From an uncultured Pelagibacteraceae bacterium (GTDB lineage: Bacteria > Pseudomonadota > Alphaproteobacteria > Pelagibacterales > Pelagibacteraceae), in assembly GCA_902577625.1 (NCBI GenBank), contig CACGZX010000001.1, positions 44,146 through 108,145 of the forward strand: DNA of 64,000 nt. The letters are read 5' to 3'. The notes below the pieces were generated by a model. The model ran no database searches and was not told where the DNA came from. It was given only the letters and a program-made list of their open reading frames with translations. Positions 47,937-57,174 of this stretch are shown piece by piece; position 1 is the stretch's first letter, and every line of letters starts with the position of its first letter. A program made the translations under genes and the position numbers.

Positions 47937-48460
47937 TGTCCTGGAAACTCAATTAAATTTTCTACTTTGTAACCAGATTTAGTTAGCTTGTCAGCTCCAC
48001 CCAAATCAAAAAGATTGATTACAAAAATAAATCCTGAAACTGAACCATTAGAAATTTCAACTAATTTTGCAGCTGCCTCCGCAGTTCCTCCCGTAGCTAT
48101 TAAGTCGTCAATAATTAAAACAGAGTCATTTTCCTTAATTGAGTCTTTGTGAACTTCTATAGTAGCGGTTCCATATTCTAATTCAAAATCTACAGAATGA
48201 GTTTCAGCTGGAAGTTTATTTTTTTTTCTCAACAGTATAAAAGGTTTATTAATTAAATAAGATACAGCGGATGCAAAAACAAAACCTCTTGATTCAATGG
48301 CTGCTATTTTGTCTACTTCAAATTTTTTAGTTCTTTCAACAATTTGATCAATACATCCTTTAAAGGCTTTTTCATTTTTAATTAATGTGGTTATGTCTCT
48401 AAAAAGAATTCCCTTTTTTGGATAATCCTGAATTGATCTAATATAATCTTTTAAATCCAT
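47933..48460 (-). CDS. apt: Adenine phosphoribosyltransferase
   Basis: DYPKKGILFRDI, ESRGF, LEYG, IIDDLIATGGT. Confidence 0.96.
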   Translation of the reverse strand: MDLKDYIRSIQDYPKKGILFRDITTLIKNEKAFKGCIDQIVERTKKFEVDKIAAIESRGFVFASAVSYLINKPFILLRKKNKLPAETHSVDFELEYGTATIEVHKDSIKENDSVLIIDDLIATGGTAEAAAKLVEISNGSVSGFIFVINLFDLGGADKLTKSGYKVENLIEFPGH

Positions 48461-48501
48461 AATAAATTACGATATATAAATAAATAAATTATTTTTTTGA
48501 T

Positions 48502-49374
48502 ATGGCAAACAATAAATTGGCAATAATTGGTGGTAGTGGGCTATACGATGTTGAAGAATTTAAAGAAAGAGAACTGTTAGATCTAAATACACCATGGGGA
48601 AAGCCTTCTGATCAGATATTAAAAACAAATTACGATAATAAAGAAGTTTATTTTTTACCCAGACATGGAAAAGGACATTTTATCAATCCGTCAAACATAA
48701 ATTTTAGAGCCAATATTGATTCTTTAAAGCAATTAGGAGTAACTGATATTGTGTCAGTATCAGCAGTTGGTTCTTTAAAAGAAGATTTACCACCAGGAAA
48801 ATTTGTAATAGTTGATCAATTTATAGATAGAACATTTGCTAGAAACAAAACTTTTTTTGATGACGAAATAGTAGCCCATGTATCTATGGCTCATCCAACA
48901 TCCAATGGTTTAATGAATGCTTGTGAAGAAGCAATAAAAAAAGGAAACATAGAATATCAAAGAGGAGGAACTTATATTGTTATGGAAGGTCCTCAATTTT
49001 CAACTTTAGCAGAGTCAAATTTATATAGATCATGGAAAGCAGATGTAATTGGTATGACCAATATGCCTGAAGCAAAGTTGGCAAGAGAAGCTGAAATTAG
49101 ATATGCATCTGTTTCAATGGTAACAGATTATGATTGCTGGCATCCCGATCATGAAAATGTAGATGTTCAACAGGTAATCAAAGTTCTTTTAGGAAATGCT
49201 GCTAAAGCAAAAAATATGATTAAAAATTTAATTGTGAACTTTGAAAAACATATAGATCCAAAAGATCCTACAAATAATTGTTTGGATGTTGCAATAATTA
49301 CTGCACCTGAAAAAAGAACACAAAAAACAAAAGATAAACTAAAAACAATAGCTGGTAGAGTTTTAAGTAAATGA
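48502..49374 (+). CDS. mtnP: S-methyl-5'-thioadenosine phosphorylase
   Basis: IIGGSGLY, TPWG.PS, RHG, EGPQFST.AES, GMT..PEA, TDYDCW. Confidence 0.93.
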   Translation: MANNKLAIIGGSGLYDVEEFKERELLDLNTPWGKPSDQILKTNYDNKEVYFLPRHGKGHFINPSNINFRANIDSLKQLGVTDIVSVSAVGSLKEDLPPGKFVIVDQFIDRTFARNKTFFDDEIVAHVSMAHPTSNGLMNACEEAIKKGNIEYQRGGTYIVMEGPQFSTLAESNLYRSWKADVIGMTNMPEAKLAREAEIRYASVSMVTDYDCWHPDHENVDVQQVIKVLLGNAAKAKNMIKNLIVNFEKHIDPKDPTNNCLDVAIITAPEKRTQKTKDKLKTIAGRVLSK

Positions 49375-50441
49375 AAATTGAAGGTAAAGAATATCGTACA
49401 ATATGGTTTGAAAATAATGTTGTAAAAATTATTGATCAAACAAAACTTCCACATCAATTTATTATAAAAGATCTTAAAACAGTAAAAGACGCAATTAATT
49501 CTATAAAAATTATGGAGGTTAGAGGAGCTCCTTTAATTGGCGCTACTGCTGCTTATGGATTAGTTTTAGCTATTCTTGAAAATAATGATCAGTCATTTTT
49601 AAAAAAATCAGCAGAAGATTTGATTAATTCAAGACCAACAGCCATAAATTTAAAATGGGCAGTTGATAGAATGATAAATAAATTATCAGGTGTTAATAGT
49701 GATAAAATTTTAGAAATAGCATTAAATGAAGCAAAAGAAATTTGTGAAGAAGATGTTAAGTTCTGTAAAAATATTGGATTAAATGGTCTCAAAATAATTG
49801 AAGAAATTTATAATAAAAAAAAAGATACAGTAAATATTTTAACTCATTGTAACGCTGGATGGCTTGCAACAATTAATTGGGGAACTGCAACTTCTCCAAT
49901 ATATCATGCGCATAAAAAAGGCATACCAGTTCATGTTTGGGCAGATGAAACAAGACCAAGAAACCAAGGAGCCAACTTAACTTCTTATGAATTAAATGAA
50001 GAAAATATACCTAATACAATAATAGCAGACAATACTGGTGGTATCTTAATGCAAAGAGGTCAGATTGATATGTGTATTGTTGGAACAGATAGAACTTTGG
50101 CTAACGGCGATGTTTGTAATAAAATTGGAACATATCTCAAAGCACTTGCTGCTCATGATAACAACGTTCCTTTTTATGTAGCATTACCAAGCTCAACTAT
50201 TGATTGGAATATTAAAAATTATAAAGACATACCAATAGAAGAGAGAAATCCAGAAGAATTATCACACATAGAAGGCTTAGATGAAAATGGAAATGTAAAA
50301 AAAATACAAATTTATCCAAAAAAAAGCAAATCAATGAATTTAGCTTTTGATATAACGCCTGCAAAATATGTTACAGGATTAATTACTGAAAAAGGTGTGT
50401 GCGAAGCATCAGAAAAAGGATTAAAAAATCAATTTAAATGA
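49371..50441 (+). CDS. mtnA: Methylthioribose-1-phosphate isomerase
   Basis: DQTKLP, VRGAP, RPTA.NL, THCNAG.LA, ETRP..QG, NKIGT, AFD.TP. Confidence 0.94.
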   Translation: MKIEGKEYRTIWFENNVVKIIDQTKLPHQFIIKDLKTVKDAINSIKIMEVRGAPLIGATAAYGLVLAILENNDQSFLKKSAEDLINSRPTAINLKWAVDRMINKLSGVNSDKILEIALNEAKEICEEDVKFCKNIGLNGLKIIEEIYNKKKDTVNILTHCNAGWLATINWGTATSPIYHAHKKGIPVHVWADETRPRNQGANLTSYELNEENIPNTIIADNTGGILMQRGQIDMCIVGTDRTLANGDVCNKIGTYLKALAAHDNNVPFYVALPSSTIDWNIKNYKDIPIEERNPEELSHIEGLDENGNVKKIQIYPKKSKSMNLAFDITPAKYVTGLITEKGVCEASEKGLKNQFK

Positions 50442-51238
50442 AAATAAAATCTATACTTATAATAACCATATTTTTTTCTTTTTTGGTATTCGAAAAGGTT
50501 TTTCCAAAAGCTTTTTTCATAGGTCAATTAATCAGTAACGAAGTAGAAATAAGTAAGTCATTTAAAATAAAGCTTCCAAAAGGTGAATGGGAAGTTGTAA
50601 GAAAATCTGCAGATACAAATTATGGTATATTACAAAGAATTGTTGGAATTGCCAGAATTGAAAACAATGAGTTCGTAGAAGCAATTGAGATTTATGAAGG
50701 ATTGAGTGGTGGAATTTACCAAGCAGTAGTAAATGAAGCTATCACAGAAATGGTTTTTAAAAATAAATATGACGGATGTTATAAAAGGCCCGAGTATTAT
50801 AAATTAGGATTATTCAGAAAAGGAAGTACTCATAATTGTTTATTTATAGAACCTTGGGACTTACCTAAGGAACTTAGTAATCCTGATGACCCTGAGAGAA
50901 GAGGATTGGGATCACCATACAACAAATGGATAAAACAAAATAATTATAAAATTCCTGATATAGTACTTGCAAGTTCTCATAGCTATTTTTCAAGATTAGT
51001 TGGTGGCAACTGGTACAGAGTACTTTATCTTGCAAATCCTAAAATATTAAATGCTCCTGAAACTAAATTTAAAACACTTGAATCAACTGAATATCATGGT
51101 CGTAATATAGAAAACTTTCCGGAACACAAAAAAATTATGGATGAATTTGTTAAACTATCATTTCAAAGACATCAAGAATTTGAAAATACATTAAAAGCGA
51201 GAGGATACCACAGATTAAAATTTGAAGATTTAAAATAA
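50438..51238 (+). CDS. Secreted/periplasmic hypothetical protein
   Basis: N-terminal hydrophobic segment, two Cys; ATGA overlap with mtnA. Confidence 0.7.
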   Translation: MKIKSILIITIFFSFLVFEKVFPKAFFIGQLISNEVEISKSFKIKLPKGEWEVVRKSADTNYGILQRIVGIARIENNEFVEAIEIYEGLSGGIYQAVVNEAITEMVFKNKYDGCYKRPEYYKLGLFRKGSTHNCLFIEPWDLPKELSNPDDPERRGLGSPYNKWIKQNNYKIPDIVLASSHSYFSRLVGGNWYRVLYLANPKILNAPETKFKTLESTEYHGRNIENFPEHKKIMDEFVKLSFQRHQEFENTLKARGYHRLKFEDLK

Positions 51239-51239
51239 T

Positions 51240-53273
51240 TTATCTTAAAGATGCAGCAATATTTCCACCATCAACGGTTAAAACTGCACCTGTTGTTTTC
51301 TTTGAAACTGCTAAATGAAAAAATGCTTTAGCAACATCTTCTGCTTTTACTTCATTTAATAACAAGTTCCCTTTCATATATTCATCTGTAGAAACCTCTC
51401 GAGCTTTTGCCCTCGATTTAATCATTCCATCATTTAACAAACCACTTCTTATTCTATCTGCATTTACTCCATTAGATCTAATCCCAAGTGAACCATAGTC
51501 AACTGCATATTGTTTACATAGACTTAGCAAAGCAGTTTTTGGAAGGCCATAAGGGCCAAAGTTTTTTCCAGGATTTACTGATTGTTTTGAAATATTAAAT
51601 AATAAACAACCTTGAGTATTTTGTTTTTTCATAATTTTAATAGTTTCAGAAGCGCAATTTTGGTGTGAAAAAAAGTTGTCCTCAAAACTTTCTCTTAAAA
51701 TTCTATCATCTACTTCAGCTATTGAACCACCAATTGCAGTTCCAGCATTCGAAATTAGAATATCAATTCCACCATATTGCTCGCTGATTATTTTAAAAGC
51801 TTTATTAACACTGTTCTTATTTCTTACATCACAATGTAAACAAAGATCCTTAATTTTTTTCTGCATTTCTTTCACTTTTTTTGCATTATAATCAAGTAAA
51901 ACTATTTCGGCCCCATAACTTTTAAAAAGTTTGTAAGTTGCTGATCCAATTGCTCCGAACCCACCTGTTATTACAACAACATTTCCTTGAAGAATTTTTT
52001 TAGTTTTTTTAATTTTAGCCTGTTCTAATGACCAATATTCAACATCAAACAAATCTTTTTCTGGAATAAATTTATATTTAGTAGTTTCTTCAACAGAAGA
52101 AATTACTCTAGCATTTGTCTCGGTTAAATCTCCTGCAATTTTTGAGGCATTTAAACTATCACCAACACTAAATAACCCAACATTCTGAACTAAAATTACT
52201 CTTGGAGAAGTATCAAGCATTGTCTTTTTGCCTTTTACTTTTCTTTTATTAATATTGAAATATTTAACATATTTTTTTCTATAATCTTGAAATCTTTTCT
52301 CAGCTAATTTTTTAAAATCATCAATACTTGAATTTTGCTTTGGAGTAATAACTAATGGAAAAGGCTTTACTCTAATTACATGATCTGGTGTAGCAGTTCC
52401 AATAGATGAGTATCTTTTAACTTCTCTGCCATTTATAAAATAATTTAAAGTTTTATTAGATCTATAGTTCAAAATAAATTTTTGATCATTAGTTTCTGAT
52501 AATAATCCTCTCAAAATAGGGGCAATTTCGTGTGGCTTAAGGCTAGTATTATATTTTTTTATTTGTTTTATTTTTTTTCTTTTAATTTTTTTTATAGTCT
52601 TTTCAGCAATTGATACATATTTAATCATTAAATCATAAGATTTCTTTGCATCATTATCAAAAGTAAAAATTCCATGGTTCAAAAGTATTAAACAATTAAT
52701 TTTTGGATTTTTTGAATAAACTTCATTAATTTTTTGGGCCAAACCAAATCCAGGCATAACATAGGGTACAATACTCACTCTTGATCCAAAAATTTTTTTG
52801 CACAAATCTTTTCCATTTGATCTATTAGTGATATTCATTATTGCATCTGAATGTGTGTGATCGACAAACTTAAAAGGTAAGAAAGCGTGAAGAAAAGTTT
52901 CCACAGAAGGATTTGGAGATTTTATATTAATTAAATTTCTTTTTTGATATGCAACCATATCTTCATCACTTAGGTATTTTTTATTTTTAAGTGATAGCAG
53001 AGGTTGTAATTTTACTGCTGGCAAACCTTCAGGTTCAATTTCAGCCATATCCCATCCACTGCCTTTAACACATAGAACATCATATTTTTTCCCATCTATA
53101 TCTTTAACCGATGTTTTTACTGATGTATTTCCACCACCATGTAAAACTAGCTCACTATTTCTTCCTAATAGTCTTGTTGTGTATACACGAAGAGCCATAT
53201 CTTTAGAGTGTCCAAGAGTTCTATACTTTTTTATATATTTATTTGCTTCTGTGTTTGACCAATTATTTTTCAA
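51240..53273 (-). CDS. Bifunctional class II aldolase / short-chain dehydrogenase
   Basis: GGGNTS.K, KGSG, PSVET.LH, DHTH, NHG (Zn ligands), TPDH; SDR TGG.G.IG, NAG, YGLPK, VDGG. Confidence 0.9.
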   Translation of the reverse strand: MKNNWSNTEANKYIKKYRTLGHSKDMALRVYTTRLLGRNSELVLHGGGNTSVKTSVKDIDGKKYDVLCVKGSGWDMAEIEPEGLPAVKLQPLLSLKNKKYLSDEDMVAYQKRNLINIKSPNPSVETFLHAFLPFKFVDHTHSDAIMNITNRSNGKDLCKKIFGSRVSIVPYVMPGFGLAQKINEVYSKNPKINCLILLNHGIFTFDNDAKKSYDLMIKYVSIAEKTIKKIKRKKIKQIKKYNTSLKPHEIAPILRGLLSETNDQKFILNYRSNKTLNYFINGREVKRYSSIGTATPDHVIRVKPFPLVITPKQNSSIDDFKKLAEKRFQDYRKKYVKYFNINKRKVKGKKTMLDTSPRVILVQNVGLFSVGDSLNASKIAGDLTETNARVISSVEETTKYKFIPEKDLFDVEYWSLEQAKIKKTKKILQGNVVVITGGFGAIGSATYKLFKSYGAEIVLLDYNAKKVKEMQKKIKDLCLHCDVRNKNSVNKAFKIISEQYGGIDILISNAGTAIGGSIAEVDDRILRESFEDNFFSHQNCASETIKIMKKQNTQGCLLFNISKQSVNPGKNFGPYGLPKTALLSLCKQYAVDYGSLGIRSNGVNADRIRSGLLNDGMIKSRAKAREVSTDEYMKGNLLLNEVKAEDVAKAFFHLAVSKKTTGAVLTVDGGNIAASLR

Positions 53274-53285
53274 AATTACCTTCCT

Positions 53286-53294
53286 TGTGGATAA
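53286..53294 (-). promoter_or_regulatory. Perfect DnaA box between the aldolase-SDR gene and speD-speE
   Basis: TGTGGATAA on the plus strand. Confidence 0.45.
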
Positions 53295-53372
53295 AGTTTT
53301 ACAGTAGTTTTTTATTTGAAAGAAGTAAAAAAATTTGTTTAGTTACTAATAACAAGAATCGGGGAACTAAAA

Positions 53373-54416
53373 ATGGTAAAAAAAGTAGGAGAGCATGTCA
53401 CCCTAGATATAATTGGTACAAAAAAAGAATACGAACCTTCTTTTTTTGAGGGCTTGGTTCATAAAATTGCAGATAAAGCAAAAGTTACAGTTTTAAATAT
53501 AGCCAAATATAAATTTGAACCGCAGGGCTTTACATTAGTAGCATTACTGGCAGAAAGTCATATGAGCTTTCACACTTATCCGGAAAAAGGGATAATAAGT
53601 TTTGATTTTTACACTTGTGGAATGATTTCACCTACAGTTGCTTTAGATATTTTAAAAAAAGAAATTGATCATAAAAGAATCGTAAAAAAAGAAATTAGTA
53701 GGGATACAATTTCTTATTATCACGACATTACCAGCACGAAAGGTTTACAAAAAAATTATTTGGTAAAAGAAGTTTTAGAAGACTTCACATCTAAAGTTGG
53801 CCAGCATATTGAAATTCTTGATCTTGTTGAGTATGGAAAATCTTTATTCATAGATAATGACTTACAAGTAGCCGAAAGCGACGAACATATTTATAGTGGA
53901 ACTTTTGTAAATTCAGCTTTAAAATTAAACAAAAGTAAAGATAGAACAGCAATTATTGGTGGAGGAGATGGAGGAGTTGCTAGAGAATGTATTTCAAAGG
54001 GATTTGGATTTATTGATTGGTATGAACTAGATCCTGAGGTCGTTGAAGTTTGTAAAAAACATATTGGATCTATTGGTAAAAATGCAACTGAAAAAAATTC
54101 TGTAAAATGTGTTTGGGGAGATGCATTTGAAAGTATTAAAAAAGTTGAGGATGATAGTTATGATAAAATATTTATTGATTTAAACGATGATCAGTTCTGT
54201 ATAGATCTTGCAGCTAAAAATATGAATTCATTAGTAAGAATTCTTAAACCTGATGGTGTAATAACAGCTCAAGTTGGAAGCCAAGACAAAAAACCAAAAC
54301 AAGTAGATAATTGGCTAAATGTATTTAACAAAAACTTTGGCAATGCTACCTTAGATAGAGTTTATATCCCAAGCTTTGATAGTTCTTGGAATTTTTACTC
54401 ATCAATTAACCATTAA
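53373..54416 (+). CDS. S-adenosylmethionine decarboxylase-spermidine synthase fusion (SpeD-SpeE)
   Basis: FEPQG.T...LLAE|SH.S.HTYPE..D.YTCG then IIGGGDGG.ARE, ELDPEVV, GDA, FID. Confidence 0.9.
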   Translation: MVKKVGEHVTLDIIGTKKEYEPSFFEGLVHKIADKAKVTVLNIAKYKFEPQGFTLVALLAESHMSFHTYPEKGIISFDFYTCGMISPTVALDILKKEIDHKRIVKKEISRDTISYYHDITSTKGLQKNYLVKEVLEDFTSKVGQHIEILDLVEYGKSLFIDNDLQVAESDEHIYSGTFVNSALKLNKSKDRTAIIGGGDGGVARECISKGFGFIDWYELDPEVVEVCKKHIGSIGKNATEKNSVKCVWGDAFESIKKVEDDSYDKIFIDLNDDQFCIDLAAKNMNSLVRILKPDGVITAQVGSQDKKPKQVDNWLNVFNKNFGNATLDRVYIPSFDSSWNFYSSINH

Positions 54417-54486
54417 TTTTATCTTTTTAAATATCAGATTTTGTGGAATAATGCCTTTTAATTAATATTAATTATAGGGGAAAATA

Positions 54487-55350
54487 ATGAAATTGAAAAA
54501 AATTATATTAAGCGTTTTTGCTTCAATATTTCTTTTTAGTTCAACTCTATCAGCAGATACAATTAGAATTGCTACAGAAGGTGCTTACCCTCCGTGGAAT
54601 GATTCATCTGAAGATGGAAAACTAATTGGATTTGAAGTTGACCTTGCAAACTGGCTTTGTATTTATATGCAAAGAGATTGCAAAATTGTAGCACAAGACT
54701 GGGATGGAATGATTCCATCTTTAAGATTAAGAAAATACGATGCCATTATGGCAGGTATGTCTATTACTGATGAAAGAAAAAAAGTAATAACTTTCTCTCA
54801 AGGTTATGCTGATGAAGTTGCATCCCTTGCAGTAATGAAAGGTTCTGATCTTGAAGGAATGTCTACACCAGAAGGTATAAATTTATCTTTAGGTGGCAAA
54901 GATGTTAAAGCTGCTCTTAAAACTATTACAGGGGCTTTAGCTGGCAAAACTGTTTGTACACAAACTGGAACTATTCATCAAAACTTTTTAGAATCTGGTG
55001 ATGTAGGGTCAGTTGATGTTAGAACTTACAAAACTCAAGATGAAGTTAACCTAGATCTATCAGCAGGTAGATGTGATGCAGCATTAGCTGCAGCAGTAGC
55101 ATTTACTGACTATGCTGAAAAATCTGGAAAAGATGTTGTTTTAGTTGGACCAACTTTCTCTGGAGGACATTTTGGAAATGGAGTAGGCGTTGGTTTAAGA
55201 CAAGAAGCACAATTTGGATCAGACTCTGCTTTTGGTAAAAGAGATGCTCAATTACTTATAGATTTCAATAAAGCTATTGATCAAGCAAGAAAAACTGGAA
55301 AAATTAGCGAACTTGCTGTTAAGTGGTTTGGCTTTGATGCATCAATGTAA
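54487..55350 (+). CDS. Polar amino acid (Arg/Lys/Orn/opine type) ABC substrate-binding protein
   Basis: IATEGAYPPWN, GFEVDL, DWDGMIP, MSITDERK. Confidence 0.88.
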   Translation: MKLKKIILSVFASIFLFSSTLSADTIRIATEGAYPPWNDSSEDGKLIGFEVDLANWLCIYMQRDCKIVAQDWDGMIPSLRLRKYDAIMAGMSITDERKKVITFSQGYADEVASLAVMKGSDLEGMSTPEGINLSLGGKDVKAALKTITGALAGKTVCTQTGTIHQNFLESGDVGSVDVRTYKTQDEVNLDLSAGRCDAALAAAVAFTDYAEKSGKDVVLVGPTFSGGHFGNGVGVGLRQEAQFGSDSAFGKRDAQLLIDFNKAIDQARKTGKISELAVKWFGFDASM

Positions 55351-55360
55351 ATTTAAAATT

Positions 55361-55390
55361 TAAAAGGCGGTAAATTTTTACCGCCTTTTA
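55361..55390 (+). terminator. Terminator/stabilising hairpin after the binding-protein gene
   Basis: TAAAAGGCGGTAAA-TT-TTTACCGCCTTTTA, perfect inverted repeat. Confidence 0.8.
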
Positions 55391-55392
55391 CC

Positions 55393-56085
55393 ATGGACTT
55401 AATATCATTTGGAGATAACGGTTGGGGTGATGAGCTTTTTATAGCCACGCTGATGACAATTGCTGTTGCGATTACAGCAATGTTAATTGGTTTTTTATTT
55501 GCATTAATTTTTACACCTTTAAAACTTTCAAAAAATAAATTTTTAAATTTAATTGCAAATTCTTACACCACAGTTGTCAGAGGTGTGCCTGAACTCTTGG
55601 TTATTTATCTTTTCTTTTTTGGTGGAAGTAGTGCAATTATGTATGTTGCTCAGATTTTTGGCTATTATGATTATATAGAAATAAATGCATTTATTACTGG
55701 TGCTACATCAATTGGAATTATTTCTGGCGCTTATTCTACAGAAGTTTTTAGAGGAGCAATTCAATCAATAGATAAAGGCCAGTTTGAGGCTTGCCATGTT
55801 TTAGGTTTAAAAAAATATATATATTTTTTCAAAGTAATTATGCCTCAAATGTTAAGGCTGGCAATACCCAATCTAAGTAATGTTTGGCAAATAACTTTAA
55901 AAGATACTTCTTTAATTTCAGTCACTGGATTAGTTGAAATTATGAGGCAGTCTTATATTGCAGCTGGATCAACTAGAGATCCACTTTTCTTTTACTCTTT
56001 TGCTGCACTTTTATATCTGATGCTCACATATTTAAGTATGAAATTAATAAATAGATTAGAAAAAAACTATAGCAGAGGCTATTGA
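55393..56085 (+). CDS. Polar amino acid ABC permease (HisQ/OccQ type)
   Basis: YTTVVRGVPELL, AYSTEVFRGA, GQFEA, LKDTSL.S. Confidence 0.9.
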   Translation: MDLISFGDNGWGDELFIATLMTIAVAITAMLIGFLFALIFTPLKLSKNKFLNLIANSYTTVVRGVPELLVIYLFFFGGSSAIMYVAQIFGYYDYIEINAFITGATSIGIISGAYSTEVFRGAIQSIDKGQFEACHVLGLKKYIYFFKVIMPQMLRLAIPNLSNVWQITLKDTSLISVTGLVEIMRQSYIAAGSTRDPLFFYSFAALLYLMLTYLSMKLINRLEKNYSRGY

Positions 56086-56759
56086 TGGATTTAGAATTAA
56101 TAATAACAAGTTTCCCAAAATTATTAGGTGCAACACTAATAACTTTAAAACTTTTATCAGCATCATTATTTTTTGGATTAATTTTAGGATTATTTTTTGC
56201 AATTCTAAGATTAAATAAAAATAAATTAGTTAGTGGATTTGCATATGGATATTCATACTTATTTAGAGGAACACCACTATTGGTTCAGATATTTATTATT
56301 TATTTTGGTCTTGGCCAAATAGAATACTTAAGATCAACTTTTTTATGGGTTATTTTAAAAGAACCTTATTGGTGTGCAATCATAGCATTTTCATTAAACA
56401 CAGGAGCATATACTTCAGAGATTTTAAGATCAGCATTCCAAACAATAAAACCAGGTGTAATTGAAGCCGGTAGAAGTTTAGGATTAAATAAAGTATTTAT
56501 TTTCACCAAAATTCAAATTCCAATAGCAATTAAACAATCTCTACCAGCATACGGTAACGAAATAATATTAATGTTAAAAGGAACATCTCTTGCAAGCACT
56601 GTAACACTTATGGATATAACAGGTGTTGCAAAATTTATTATTTCTACAACTTTTAGACCGGTAGAAGTTTTTATAATAGCAGGAAGTATTTATTTATTTA
56701 TTACTTTTTTAGTACACAACTTAATAAAATATTTAGAAAAAAAATATAGATATCAATAA
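56085..56759 (+). CDS. Polar amino acid ABC permease (HisM/OccM type)
   Basis: FRGTPLLVQ, LNT.AYT.EI, NE.ILMLK.TSLAS. Confidence 0.9.
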   Translation: MDLELIITSFPKLLGATLITLKLLSASLFFGLILGLFFAILRLNKNKLVSGFAYGYSYLFRGTPLLVQIFIIYFGLGQIEYLRSTFLWVILKEPYWCAIIAFSLNTGAYTSEILRSAFQTIKPGVIEAGRSLGLNKVFIFTKIQIPIAIKQSLPAYGNEIILMLKGTSLASTVTLMDITGVAKFIISTTFRPVEVFIIAGSIYLFITFLVHNLIKYLEKKYRYQ

Positions 56760-57142
56760 CTAGTATATTCTTTAATTTCTTTAATTTTTGATCCCGTGTG
56801 ATTGTTTATATCTAATTTGATTTTAGCTCGAGTATCGTTGAGGAAATGAACATCTCTAGACAATCTAATAAACTCTTCTCCAAAATTTGAATCTTTTTCA
56901 CACTTTCTTTTATCATCTTCGATAATCCACAATTTTGAATTTATATTTTTTAAGGCAATAAAAAATTTTTCTAATTTTACATCCATTTTTACGTTTTTTT
57001 CTAGTTCATTTTTTAAAACTTTATATTCGCCATTTATAAAATTAAGCTTTTCGGAGTCTTTAATTCTATCTTTTTTAATTTCTAAAATGGATATTTTATC
57101 AAAAAGCTCTCCAACAGATACTTCAACTAGAATTTTATTCAT
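56753..57142 (-). CDS. Conserved hypothetical protein (DUF6165-like)
   Basis: VSVGEL.DKISILEIK, LW.IED.KR, ND.R, E.K.Y. Confidence 0.75.
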   Translation of the reverse strand: MNKILVEVSVGELFDKISILEIKKDRIKDSEKLNFINGEYKVLKNELEKNVKMDVKLEKFFIALKNINSKLWIIEDDKRKCEKDSNFGEEFIRLSRDVHFLNDTRAKIKLDINNHTGSKIKEIKEYTSY

Positions 57143-57174
57143 AAAATTTTATAGTGTGTTAAGTTGTTAAAAAT

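Noticed and set aside
51240-53273. Rhamnose catabolism, suggested by the nearby rml genes
   Set aside because: rfbBACD are biosynthetic, no rhamnose isomerase, kinase or transporter is present, and the immediate neighbours are MTA genes
54459-54474. Palindrome TAATTAATATTAATTA before the amino acid binding-protein SD
   Set aside because: Pure A/T and plausible by chance at this composition; too weak without comparative data
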